A DNA stretch of 64,000 bases from a virus (lineage: Duplodnaviria; Caudoviricetes). The DNA is taken from IMG/VR virus record IMGVR_UViG_2721755486_000001, positions 64,001 to 128,000 of that record. The stretch is one strand, 5' to 3'. Positions 40,764 to 50,455 of the stretch are shown here, in pieces (the stretch's first letter is position 1; each line of letters opens with the position of its first letter). The translations under genes and the position numbers were made by a program. The notes beneath the pieces were generated by a model that saw nothing but the letters and a program-made list of their open reading frames with translations, was not told the origin of the DNA and did not search any database.

Positions 40764-41498
40764 ATGGAGCATTTTCGAAAACCGTTCTTTCAAAGTCAGG
40801 ACACGTGGCTTGAAACTCAATACACAGAGGGTGTCCTTGCACTTCAGAGCGGTGACTTCCAAACTGCCAACGAAAGGTTCGGTACGGCTGCTGCGGGCGG
40901 CCACGTGTCTGCGATGTACAACATGTCGATGTTGAACGGTGCAGGGTGCATGAGCCCTTACAACCTAGATCTCGCGATCGACTGCTATTACAAAGCCGCG
41001 CAAGGTGGCCATCCTACGGCAAAGGAAAGTCTGTGGCTTCTCGAGGCCGCTGACCGAGGTGGATTCGGTACGCAGAACTTGGCGAAGTATGCTGAGGCGT
41101 GGCGAAACGACGGGGTTCCTTTGCATCCGATGACTATGATGTGTGCTGCACGCTTGTATGACGTGTTATGTACAAAGTATGGCGCCGCTCGCGACGTGAT
41201 CGCGTACGAACTTGACGCTGCAAGTACCAGCGACAACCCGGCGGTGCTTGCTTTCGTCGACCGGACCGGAATCGCATCTTCCTTCTTTGAGAATGGGATG
41301 AATCGGCTGATCGCTGGTTCCGCTGCGGACCAGATTACCGATGGGCTGAATCAGCTCTGGTTTGGAATGAGAAAATCCGGGTTGACCGAAGAAATAGCGC
41401 TTATGGGGCGTTGCACGATCGTTGGCCACCTTGTCAGCAAATCGCCGTACGGCTCGACCGCGAGACCACTACTCGGTGTACACGACTTTTTCGCATAA
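40764..41498 (+). CDS. Sel1-like repeat protein, lower GC than its surroundings
   Basis: AAAGGHVSAMYNM...YYKAAQGGHPTA. Confidence 0.7.
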   Translation: MEHFRKPFFQSQDTWLETQYTEGVLALQSGDFQTANERFGTAAAGGHVSAMYNMSMLNGAGCMSPYNLDLAIDCYYKAAQGGHPTAKESLWLLEAADRGGFGTQNLAKYAEAWRNDGVPLHPMTMMCAARLYDVLCTKYGAARDVIAYELDAASTSDNPAVLAFVDRTGIASSFFENGMNRLIAGSAADQITDGLNQLWFGMRKSGLTEEIALMGRCTIVGHLVSKSPYGSTARPLLGVHDFFA

Positions 41499-41608
41499 CC
41501 CAGCGACGACCAACGGTGATGCTTCGGGGACCATTGTGGGCGTGGTGCATCACCTTCCCCGTGGTTCAGCTTTGGGGTGCCGAGGGACACGCTGGGTCTC
41601 ACCAGCGT

Positions 41609-42298
41609 TTACGCGGGCGCTGCTGGCCCCCGGTTCCTGCTGCGCAGGTGCTCGAGGAAGTCGGCGAACGTGAACTTGCCCGCCGCGATGGCGGCCTGGA
41701 ATCGCTGCCCCCATTCGGCGATGGCCACCCGCTCCTCGGGGGTCATCCCGTCGCGCCAGGCTTGCCATTCCCGTTCGCTTTCCGCGGCCAGGCGCGCGTC
41801 CTCCTCGGCCTGCCAGACCTGGTGGGCCGCATCGTCGCGGGCACGCTGCTCGGCCATGTCCCGCAGCATGCGGTTCCACGCTTCGAGCATCAGCTCGCGG
41901 TGGCGCTTGAACGACGGCAGCGGGGCGGGCCAGGGCACCCGTCCGGGGGTGTTCGAACGCATGGTACTCAGCTCACGCAGGACCTCCGCCTCGACGTCGG
42001 CCAGGCGGTGCTCGGCGGCGGCCAGCTCGTCGTACTTGCGGGGCAGGTTGCGCATGCGGTAGTCCAGCTCCTCCTGCTGCCGTTCGATGCGGGTCTGCAC
42101 CGGGTACGAGTCGACCCCGTTGTTCCCGTACCGCTTGCTCGCGTAACCGTGCGGGTCCGTCTCGAACTCGGTCAGCTCTTTCGTGCTGCTTTTGATGCGA
42201 CGGTCATAGTCGATGATCGAATCGCGGGCGCTGGTGACCTTGTTCTGCGCGGCGACGATGCGCGAGGCCAGGCGTTTCGGAAGAGGTGGGCGTTCCAT
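41609..42298 (-). CDS. Coiled-coil hypothetical protein
   Basis: Charged helical ORF. Confidence 0.6.
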   Translation of the reverse strand: MERPPLPKRLASRIVAAQNKVTSARDSIIDYDRRIKSSTKELTEFETDPHGYASKRYGNNGVDSYPVQTRIERQQEELDYRMRNLPRKYDELAAAEHRLADVEAEVLRELSTMRSNTPGRVPWPAPLPSFKRHRELMLEAWNRMLRDMAEQRARDDAAHQVWQAEEDARLAAESEREWQAWRDGMTPEERVAIAEWGQRFQAAIAAGKFTFADFLEHLRSRNRGPAAPA

Positions 42299-42726
42299 CG
42301 TTGGGCGTGCATGGGTCGGTGGTGCTGGACATGCTACACGACGCGAGGTTGCGGTCGTGCTGGGACCCGGTGCAACACCGCCGGGGCCGGAGGCCCGGCA
42401 CTCGAACACCAACACCAGGACACAGGCACCCCGAACGGCGCCGGGGGCAGGGAGCGGGGCGGTGGCCAGGGGTGGAAGGGCGATCCGTTGGCGCGAGCGA
42501 TGGCCCGGAGGGACCGGGGTTGCTGCGGGCGCGGATGCGGCCGTGTTTGCGGTTTAAGGTGTGCATGGGCACACCTTAAATGATGGCTATAGCGAGGCGT
42601 ATCTCGATAGAAAACGATTCCGGGAATGGTGTCGTAGCCCCTTGCTTAAGTATCTCGGTACGAGATGATGAGTATGTAGGCAGCGCGATCGACGCAACGC
42701 CAAATCCCAACCCCAAGGAGTTCACC

Positions 42727-43248
42727 ATGATCCACCTGTCCCGCAACGAAACCCTGGCTCTGGTTCGCAAAGCCCTTCGCGAAGCCTTCCCGGAAACCTC
42801 GTTCACCCTGCAACCGTCGCGCTCGAAGATCACCGAGCACGGTTGCGACAAGACGGTGTTCGTTAAATGGACCGATGGCCCGAACTCTTCGCAGGTCTTC
42901 GAGGTCATCGCGCGGTTCGAGGATCGAAAGCAAGTCTGGGATCAACCAAAGCCGTGGGACGACAACGCCAAGGTTCACCATCTTCTCGACGGTCACGCTG
43001 TGCGATTCGACCTGTCACGGTTCGGTTACAAACGTGAACTGAGCCAAGGGAGCTGGGACGTCATGGTGGCGAACGGGCGTCTGAACCCGACGCTCTACAC
43101 GACCGAAGCCGCGCAAGGCGCCCCGTCGACCCAACGCGTGAAACATGTCGGCAAGGGCACCTGGGAACGTCAGGAACTGCTCGACCTGGCCGCCGCCGCG
43201 ATGGCCGCCAACGGCCCCGCACCGACCCGGATCCGCGCACGGATGTAA
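42727..43248 (+). CDS. LPD29-domain protein with Arg-rich tail
   Basis: ETLALVRKALREAFP...VKWTDGP; ends TRIRARM. Confidence 0.75.
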   Translation: MIHLSRNETLALVRKALREAFPETSFTLQPSRSKITEHGCDKTVFVKWTDGPNSSQVFEVIARFEDRKQVWDQPKPWDDNAKVHHLLDGHAVRFDLSRFGYKRELSQGSWDVMVANGRLNPTLYTTEAAQGAPSTQRVKHVGKGTWERQELLDLAAAAMAANGPAPTRIRARM

Positions 43249-43339
43249 TCGCACCTCGCCCACAACGCTGCACCCTGGGCCCGCGGAAACGCGGGTTCGG
43301 CCGTACAGGGCACCCATGCCCATCCGTCCGGAGCATCCC

Positions 43340-43990
43340 ATGAGCACCACCCCGTCCACGGTCCTCGCGACCACGCAGGCCCTGACCGCTACCCAGCGCA
43401 AGGTGGAGGCGGCCCGGGCCGCGCTCCTGCAGTTCGACGAGCAGTTCCAGCGCGAGCAGCAGCACCGGGCGCGCGTCATCAACGCGGTGCGGACCTTCGA
43501 CGCCCTCATGGTCCTGCGACTGCTCGAAGGTGGGCCGGAGGACGACGGCCACGTCCGCCCGGGGGCGCCCGCTCCGAAGCGATTCGAACTGGGCTATCAG
43601 ACGCCGGCCGTCGACCTCGCGGGGGCCGTGGGTGTCGCGGAAGAGGTGCAGGCCTGGCGCGCGGTGACCCCGAAGGCCAGCGTCGTGCGTGCAGAGCTGG
43701 ACGGTCTGCTGGTGGAGCTGGTCGATGCCCTCGGCGAAAAGGACCCGTTCGACGGCCGGTTCTACGTTCCGCACGTCCTGGGGACCGCGCACCTGCTGGT
43801 GTCCGTCGGGTGCCGTGACCGCGTGGTGGACGGCGTCCCGTTGCGCGACCTGCTGCATCAGGCCTGGCGCTACAAGCAACGGAAGGACGATGCCAATGTG
43901 GTGCAGGCGGTGCTGGACCGATGGCTCAAACCGCCGCGCAAGCAGCGTGCGAAACCCGACACCCGCGCCAACACCAACCCGGGGGCCTAG
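43340..43990 (+). CDS. Hypothetical protein
   Basis: GGAG RBS; follows a GNRA hairpin element. Confidence 0.6.
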   Translation: MSTTPSTVLATTQALTATQRKVEAARAALLQFDEQFQREQQHRARVINAVRTFDALMVLRLLEGGPEDDGHVRPGAPAPKRFELGYQTPAVDLAGAVGVAEEVQAWRAVTPKASVVRAELDGLLVELVDALGEKDPFDGRFYVPHVLGTAHLLVSVGCRDRVVDGVPLRDLLHQAWRYKQRKDDANVVQAVLDRWLKPPRKQRAKPDTRANTNPGA

Positions 43991-44053
43991 CGGCCCAGGG
44001 CAGGTCAAAGGCAACATCCCCGGGCCCCGCGCAGCGGACATGGCCGGGCCCCT

Positions 44054-44281
44054 TGTCCGGGCAGCAGGGGCATGCTGTCCGGGTGCTCCTCACTGCAGGC
44101 CTGGACACCGTCCACCACGGCGAGGTCCGCCCGGCCTGGGCCAGCAGATCCAATGTCCGGGCTGTCCAGGTGTCCGGGCAGAAAAGCTCTGGTGTTGCGC
44201 GGAACGGCACGACGGTTCCTCGACCACCGACGGGCCACCCTCGACAACGGTAATCCGCTGTACCACCTGGACACCTGGACA
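44054..44281. repeat. Cluster of eight TGTCCRGG octamers in both orientations
   Basis: 44054, 44076, 44154, 44163, 44171 forward; 44100, 44266, 44274 inverted; in a non-coding gap. Confidence 0.65.
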
Positions 44282-44563
44282 AAACAAGAAGAACCCCAGC
44301 AGCGCCGGGCACCAGACCATGTCCAAGGTCATGCTCGAACACCTGGGCCAGGGCCTGGACCGGCGTCGGATGAGCCCGGTCAGACCCACGTTAATCCGTG
44401 CCAATGCACACGCTAAAGAAGGCTATAGCGTTTCGTGTTTCGATAGAAAACGATTCCGGGAATGGTGTCGTAGACCCCTTGCTTCAGTCCACAGGTACGA
44501 GAAACTGAATGTGTAGGCAGCGCGATCGACGCAATGCCAAAACCACCCCCAAGGAGCCTCACC

Positions 44564-44989
44564 ATGAACGCAACTTTCAACTTCGCCGATGACCTGAAAA
44601 TCGAAGTGCTCGACGCCGGGTCCCTCGAAAACTATGTGCTGAACGACGACGGTATCGAGACCATCGACGGCGAGTTCACGTTCTATACCCTGGCCGTCCA
44701 AGCCTTCGGTCGCACCTTCAACGTGCGTACGCAACAAGAGCCGAACGGTCACCTCATCGTCCCATCCAGCGAGAACACCGGTGAACCGGACACGGACGCA
44801 ATCATGGCCTGCTCGGAATACTTCGCACTCTTCCAGGCGCTGATCCAGAAGCACCTGGGCATTGAGTTTACGGAAGAAGACCACGAGAACAACGAGTGGG
44901 TTCTGCCCGAGAACATCCAGGCCCTGCATGACGCGGTTGTCGCCCACCTCAAGGCCGTTCTGACGGAAGAAATCGCCGCCACCGCCTGA
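44564..44989 (+). CDS. Highly acidic hypothetical protein
   Basis: D/E-rich; about 145 bp upstream is duplicated from the region before 42727. Confidence 0.65.
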   Translation: MNATFNFADDLKIEVLDAGSLENYVLNDDGIETIDGEFTFYTLAVQAFGRTFNVRTQQEPNGHLIVPSSENTGEPDTDAIMACSEYFALFQALIQKHLGIEFTEEDHENNEWVLPENIQALHDAVVAHLKAVLTEEIAATA

Positions 44990-45074
44990 CATCCAGGCTC
45001 CACGTTCGACCAGGGCCAGTCCGCAAGGGCTGGCTTTTGGGTACCAGCACCCCTTACCGAACCGGAGCCCTTCC

Positions 45075-45527
45075 ATGACCACCACCGCACCGTCCACCCC
45101 TTTGACCGTCAAGCAGGCGGCCCAGGCCTTGGGCGTCAGCGACGGGCGCGTGATGCAGCTCCTGCAGTCCGGCGTGCTTACCCTCATGAATCCCACGACC
45201 GCGCAAACCCGCTCGAAGCACCACCTGGACCCGGCGAGGGTGGAGGCCCTGCGTGCGCAACGTGCGGCCAACAAGCGGGACCCCGCGGTCGTGGAGGCAC
45301 GGCGGCTGGCCCGAATCGCCGAGCGTCGACGCATCGACAAACTGCGCCAGGCCCTGGCCCGCGGGTTGATGACCATGGCCGACGCAGCGCGCGAGCTGGG
45401 CGTTTCTCCCCAACGGGCTTACCAGCTCGTGAACGCGGGGCGATTGCCGACGGTGTTGATCGACGGCCGCCGGCTCGTTCGGCGCGAGGAACTCGACGCG
45501 GTGAAAGCGAGACGGGCACGGGGCTGA
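45075..45527 (+). CDS. Tandem HTH_17 protein
   Basis: LTVKQAAQALGVS and MTMADAARELGVSPQRAYQLV. Confidence 0.8.
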   Translation: MTTTAPSTPLTVKQAAQALGVSDGRVMQLLQSGVLTLMNPTTAQTRSKHHLDPARVEALRAQRAANKRDPAVVEARRLARIAERRRIDKLRQALARGLMTMADAARELGVSPQRAYQLVNAGRLPTVLIDGRRLVRREELDAVKARRARG

Positions 45528-45753
45528 ACGGTTCGACCGGGGCAGGGGCCAGGGCCAGTCCGCAAGGGCTGGTTTTGGGGTACCACAACCCCCCCCGATG
45601 AGGTTCTCCATCCTTTCCGGTCAACTCGACGTCCGCGGCCTTGCCGCAGAACTTGGTCTTTCCCAAACCGAGGTCGGCTTTAGGCTGACCAGGAGTGTTC
45701 CCCAGCTTTCCACCAAACGGATGCTCCTGGACTAGGCGGCTCCGGCCCCGGTC

Positions 45754-46227
45754 ATGGGCGAGACGGCGTCCGGTCCACGGCAACCCAGGTTCTCCGGTGA
45801 CCGTTCCCGTTCAGCGGAACGTGCGCCCGTGCCCGAGGGTTTACTCACCCGACGCCAGGTCGCCCAGGAGCTGGGAATCGTCGTGCAGACCGTGTCGTAC
45901 TTCATCCGGCGCGGGGCACTGGCGACGGTACGGCACAACGGACAAAGCTACGTCCAGCGCGACAGCCTGGAATCGTTCCGCGCGAGCCGATACAGCGCGG
46001 CACGTACGACGCCGACGACGCTGAACGGGGAGGCGGATGTGCTGGGCCTGCACGACGTGATGCGGCTGCTGGGTGTTAACCACCGTCAGGTGGTCGATCG
46101 GCTGGTCCGCGAGGGGCGGCTCAAAGGTACCCGCCCGGACGGCAAGCTCGTCGTGCATCGCGCCGATCTGGAGGCGTTCATGCACGAGCAGCCACGTCGC
46201 AGGGGACGCAAGCCCGTGAAGAACTGA
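45754..46227 (+). CDS. Tandem HTH_17 protein
   Basis: LTRRQVAQELGI and LGLHDVMRLLGV...VHRADLEAF. Confidence 0.75.
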   Translation: MGETASGPRQPRFSGDRSRSAERAPVPEGLLTRRQVAQELGIVVQTVSYFIRRGALATVRHNGQSYVQRDSLESFRASRYSAARTTPTTLNGEADVLGLHDVMRLLGVNHRQVVDRLVREGRLKGTRPDGKLVVHRADLEAFMHEQPRRRGRKPVKN

Positions 46228-46619
46228 CACCGAGCACAAGGGGGAAACAGGCACCGGTGCGAAAACATCAAAAGCTGGGCACAAGGCCCACTCGACCCCG
46301 GCCCGCGCAGCGGAGGAAGCGGGGCTCCAGGGCGCACGCCCGAACATCGCACGCGATCGGGGAGGGCCCATGCCCGTGGGGCAGGTGAAGCGATGAGCAT
46401 GGAGGGTGGCCGGAGGCTCGGGGTTGCAACGGGGCGTGAGCCCCGTTTTTCATGTGCCGTGGCACGGGCCAACCGTTCACCGCGGGGAGGGTCGACCGTT
46501 CGTCAGATAGCACGAAGTTTCTGCGTTCTTACCGTTGCTAAAGACATTGGGGTTTGTAGACTGAGTTTATAGGCAGCGCGCAACGACGCAACGCCATCAC
46601 CCCACCCCCGGAGTTCCTC

Positions 46620-47333
46620 ATGATCACCACGACCAGCCCCCTGAAGACCATCGAAGCCATCCGCCGCAGCGCGTACCTCGTGGCCCTCTACTTCACGAAG
46701 ACCACCAGCGAGACCATGCGCATGGAGTTCGACGCCACTGCTGTGGTCAGCGTGACGGTGGACGGCGTGGAGTACATGGTCAAGGTGAGCCGCAGCGCCG
46801 TGGGCGGCGTGGCGATGGAAGAGGACGAGAAGAGCGGTTGCGCAACGCTGAACGTGGCCCTGGACAAAGCCTTGGGCGAAGGCGTGACGCGGCGCGAGCG
46901 GCACGGCATCGAGCGCGAGATTTACCGCACCGCAGGTCTGGCCTTCGACGACGCCGACGATGCACTGACGGCGAAGGGCGCCGGCCTGGTGAACGCGGTT
47001 CGTGCGGCCGAGGCCTTGGGCGATGCGAACCTGCGCGGCATGCTGACCGAACTGCTGGTCCGCGCGCTGCTGGAACGTCACACCCACGTGCTGAACGCGC
47101 TCAGCGGAATCCGGGGTTTGGCGCACCTGGTGTCGAGCGGCCGCCTGCCGGACAGCTCGCTGAGCGAGGTGCTGCGCGAGTTCGCCACGGTCTACAGCCG
47201 GGTCAAGCGGTCCACCGGCGTGCGTCTCGAAGCGCTCCGCAAAGCGTCCGAGGTTCCGGTGACCGAGATCGGCAACGTGAACGTGGTCGCCGACCTCATC
47301 GACACCCTCTACGCGGACGTGGTCCTCCCGTAA
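46620..47333 (+). CDS. Hypothetical protein
   Basis: Own promoter, leader hairpin and RBS. Confidence 0.7.
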   Translation: MITTTSPLKTIEAIRRSAYLVALYFTKTTSETMRMEFDATAVVSVTVDGVEYMVKVSRSAVGGVAMEEDEKSGCATLNVALDKALGEGVTRRERHGIEREIYRTAGLAFDDADDALTAKGAGLVNAVRAAEALGDANLRGMLTELLVRALLERHTHVLNALSGIRGLAHLVSSGRLPDSSLSEVLREFATVYSRVKRSTGVRLEALRKASEVPVTEIGNVNVVADLIDTLYADVVLP

Positions 47334-47437
47334 GGACCGATCGACCAACGTTCAACCAGGGCCCGCGGCAACGCGGGTTTTGGCATAACGGGCCCCATGT
47401 CTTACCCTTCACGCTTGACGCAGGAGAACCGCTCACC

Positions 47438-48184
47438 ATGTCCGCACGCATTACCCCCACCACCGTTCAGGGCCAGGCCTGCCTTCGGCTGAAGGACGCC
47501 ACCGCGTACCTGGGCATGGCCACGAGCAGTAAGCCGTCGGTCTGGCGCAAGGTCCAGTCCGGCGTGTTGCACGGTCTTCAGGACGCCCGGGGCACGTGGT
47601 TTGTCCCGGTCGCGGAGCTGGACCGCTACCTGGCCCAGGCCGCCGACACCTCGCGGGTGGGCCCTCGCGAAGCGGCGGAGCTGCTCGGCGTCTCCATTTT
47701 CACGGTCAAGGCCTGGGCGGAGCGCGGCGTGCTGGACGGCACCCAGGACGATCGGGGCCGGTGGTCGTTCGCACGCAAGACCGTTTCGGCCCACGCGCGG
47801 ACCCTCGTGGAGCAGCGCGAGGGCCTCACCACGTCCGAGGCTGTCCGATTGTGCGGGTTCGGGCACGCCACGACGTTGAACGCGGCGGTGGACCGTGGTG
47901 AGATCCGTGCGTTCGTCGACGCCAGCGGCCGGCGCCGGTTCAAGCAGGACGAGCTGGCGCGATTCCTCGCCGAGCGCGCGAAGCTGGATCCCAACGTGCC
48001 GGGCACCATGAGCAGCCGGGAGGCGGCGGACGTCTTGGGTTTTGCAGCGCTGAGCAGTGTCGGGTGGTTCGCCGAGCGCGGGCACCTGGACCGCGTCCGC
48101 GTCGGGCGGTACTGGCGCTACCCGGTGAAGTCTGTCCAGGCGTTCAAGCGGCAGCGGGACAAGCAGGCCCAGGCCAAAGGCTGA
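47438..48184 (+). CDS. Protein with four HTH_17 repeats
   Basis: LKDATAYLG, GPREAAELLGVS, TTSEAVRLCG, SSREAADVLG. Confidence 0.8.
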   Translation: MSARITPTTVQGQACLRLKDATAYLGMATSSKPSVWRKVQSGVLHGLQDARGTWFVPVAELDRYLAQAADTSRVGPREAAELLGVSIFTVKAWAERGVLDGTQDDRGRWSFARKTVSAHARTLVEQREGLTTSEAVRLCGFGHATTLNAAVDRGEIRAFVDASGRRRFKQDELARFLAERAKLDPNVPGTMSSREAADVLGFAALSSVGWFAERGHLDRVRVGRYWRYPVKSVQAFKRQRDKQAQAKG

Positions 48185-48592
48185 ACCAGGGGCGGGGTGG
48201 GGAACACCGGAACCGGCGCGAAAACCAAAACCTGGGCACAAGGCCCACTCGGCCCCGGCACCGCGGAGCGGATGGGAGCGGGGCTCCAGGGCGCACGCCC
48301 GAAGAACGCACGCGGAGGTGGCGCCGGTCAGGGGCGCGGTGAGGTGGCAGGGCGTCGACCGCAGGTGATGGCCCTGTGGTGAGTTGGTCGCGAGCCCCGT
48401 TTTTTCATGTGCCCTGGCACGGGTCAAGCATTCACCGTCGAGGGTCGACCGTTCGTCAGATAGCACGAAGTTTCTGCGTTCTTACCACACAAATCCCGCT
48501 TACCGCCGTTGCTTGTTTTGATGGGTTTTGTAGACTGAATGTATAGGCAACGCGCAACGACGCAATGCCACAACCCCACCCCGGAGTCCTCC

Positions 48593-48775
48593 ATGCGCCC
48601 CATCGTTCACCTCTTCTTCCTCCTGGTCACCGTGCTCCTGATCGGACTTCTGTCCGTCGCTCAGCACATCGGCCGTGGCCACCTGGCCAGCGTCGTCCTC
48701 CTCACCTCCTTCCCGCTGGGCATGGCCGGCACCGCGCTGTACCTTGCGATCCGCGACCGCGTGAAGCGCACCTGA
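48593..48775 (+). CDS. Small two-TM protein
   Basis: Promoter, leader hairpin and GGAG RBS. Confidence 0.55.
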   Translation: MRPIVHLFFLLVTVLLIGLLSVAQHIGRGHLASVVLLTSFPLGMAGTALYLAIRDRVKRT

Positions 48776-48844
48776 ACCCACCGTCCAACCACTTGGCCCG
48801 TCGGGAGGCGGGCACCCCTCACACCCACCCCACGAGATTCGATC

Positions 48845-49279
48845 ATGACCACCGCTACCCCCACCAGCCCCGCCGACTTGAAATCCGGGATCAACTTCAC
48901 GTTCCGGAAGCTCCACCTCACCACCAAGTCCGTCGTGCGCTTCATCGCGCACAGCGGCAAGGTGTTCGAAGCGACCAGCCTCGAGGAAGCCATCGAGCTG
49001 GCCGAGGACGGCCTCGGCGTCTCGCTCGACTACGGTATGGAGGAACACGGTCGTCTCGAACGCGTGACCCTGGTCCGCAGCCGGTCCGGCAAGTGGCTCG
49101 AGCCGAAGGTTCGGCGTGAACGGGTTTGGCCGAACACGCCGGAATGGCAGGCGGTCCGTCAGACCCTTCGGGACGTGCTCGACGCGTTCCAGAACCGCGC
49201 CTTGGTTGGCCCGTGCCCCTACGACGAGGACGGCTACCTCCCGGGCGAGCGCGAGGCGGAGGCGGCGCTGGCCTGCTGA
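48845..49279 (+). CDS. Hypothetical protein
   Basis: Plausible composition; followed by a GNRA hairpin. Confidence 0.6.
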   Translation: MTTATPTSPADLKSGINFTFRKLHLTTKSVVRFIAHSGKVFEATSLEEAIELAEDGLGVSLDYGMEEHGRLERVTLVRSRSGKWLEPKVRRERVWPNTPEWQAVRQTLRDVLDAFQNRALVGPCPYDEDGYLPGEREAEAALAC

Positions 49280-49363
49280 GCGGCAGAGGCACCCAACGTT
49301 GACCCAGGGGCCGCGGGAACGCGGCTTTCCGGGTACCATCCACCGACCCCATCGGAGCAGCAC

Positions 49364-50080
49364 ATGAGCAACGAACAGAAGCCGAACCAGTTTGAGCGCA
49401 AACTCCGGGCGCAAAGCCCGGTGAATGACCTGATCTACGCGGGGTGCTACGACGACGCGATGGCGGCGATCCGTGCGCAGTTTTGCGGGGATGACCAGAC
49501 GGCGGTGCCGGAACGGTTCAACTTCTACCTTGAGAACTGGCTGTACGACGTTGTTGGCGCGGTACGGAAGCCGGAAGGTCGTTCAGCGTTCATCCGAGAA
49601 CTGCTGACCTTGAGCGACCAGGACCCGGTGATGGCGTTCTGGCGCGTCGCGAACACCCACGGTGTTCAGCCCGACGTTTACCCAGACCTGGTGGACATCC
49701 TTCGCGCTGACCTGAACCGCGTGGTCTCGCTTTACGTGACCCCTGGGCTCAACCTCTCCGCCCGGGAGGGCTCCGAGTTCATGGTTGGGCCGTTGTGGCT
49801 GGTCCTCCTGTTGTGCGTGTGCCGGCCGTCCCGGTCCGGTTCGCTCGGTGTGCTGGCGTACAAGAAGTCGTTCAGCGACGAGGACCTCGAGTGGATCGAC
49901 CAGGCCGCGGCCCTGGCGGTGAAGCATGGCGCGGACCTCGGGCTCTGCAACACGGTCACCTGGAAGCGCAGCAAGCCGGTCCAGCAGGCGATGGTGGCGA
50001 ACATCGAAGCCCGGCACCTGCGCCAGGCGGTGGGCGAGGACACGGCCGACCGGGAGCAACCCATCCGCGCACGGGTCTAA
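49364..50080 (+). CDS. Hypothetical protein with Arg-rich tail
   Basis: Ends IEARHLRQAVGEDTADREQPIRARV; terminator follows. Confidence 0.65.
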   Translation: MSNEQKPNQFERKLRAQSPVNDLIYAGCYDDAMAAIRAQFCGDDQTAVPERFNFYLENWLYDVVGAVRKPEGRSAFIRELLTLSDQDPVMAFWRVANTHGVQPDVYPDLVDILRADLNRVVSLYVTPGLNLSAREGSEFMVGPLWLVLLLCVCRPSRSGSLGVLAYKKSFSDEDLEWIDQAAALAVKHGADLGLCNTVTWKRSKPVQQAMVANIEARHLRQAVGEDTADREQPIRARV

Positions 50081-50108
50081 CGAGCAGGAGCACCGCCGTT
50101 CTCCCAGG

Positions 50109-50134
50109 AGCCCACCTTCACCGGTGGGCTTTTC
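50109..50134 (+). terminator. Intrinsic terminator
   Basis: AGCCCACC-TTCACC-GGTGGGCT-TTT. Confidence 0.65.
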
Positions 50135-50455
50135 CGTTCTGGCGAGGCGATCGGCATCGCCGGGCCCCATGACCCCAACCCAAGCCGGGGCTCACGCCCG
50201 GCACTCGAACACCAGGACCCTCGCACCCGAACGACGCCCGGGGGCAAGGAGCGGGGCTCCACCGCACGCGTTCAGACCGTGCCCTGGCACGCTCTGACGT
50301 CCGGCTATAGCGGTGGTGGGGCCATAAAAAAATACAAAGGGCGCACCCCGTGAATCGTCGGTCCAAGCCGTTGCCAAGGGCATCGGATTTTGTAGACTGA
50401 ATGTGTAGGGCGGCGCGATCGCCGCAGACCCACCACCCCTCCGAGGACCCCCGCC

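Larger units (their letters stand above)
46240..48487 (+). repeat. Roughly 290-bp duplicated intergenic block (about 46240-46532 and 48199-48487)
   Basis: Shared CTGGGCACAAGGCCCACTCG, AGCGGGGCTCCAGGGCGCACGCCCGAA, the palindrome and GTCGACCGTTCGTCAGATAGCACGAAGTTTCTGCGTTCTTACC. Confidence 0.85.

Noticed and set aside
49299-49339. TTGACC...TACCAT as a hairpin-extrusion promoter
   Set aside because: The spacer is 29 nt, or 13 nt without the hairpin, and the hexamers are not kept in the other copies
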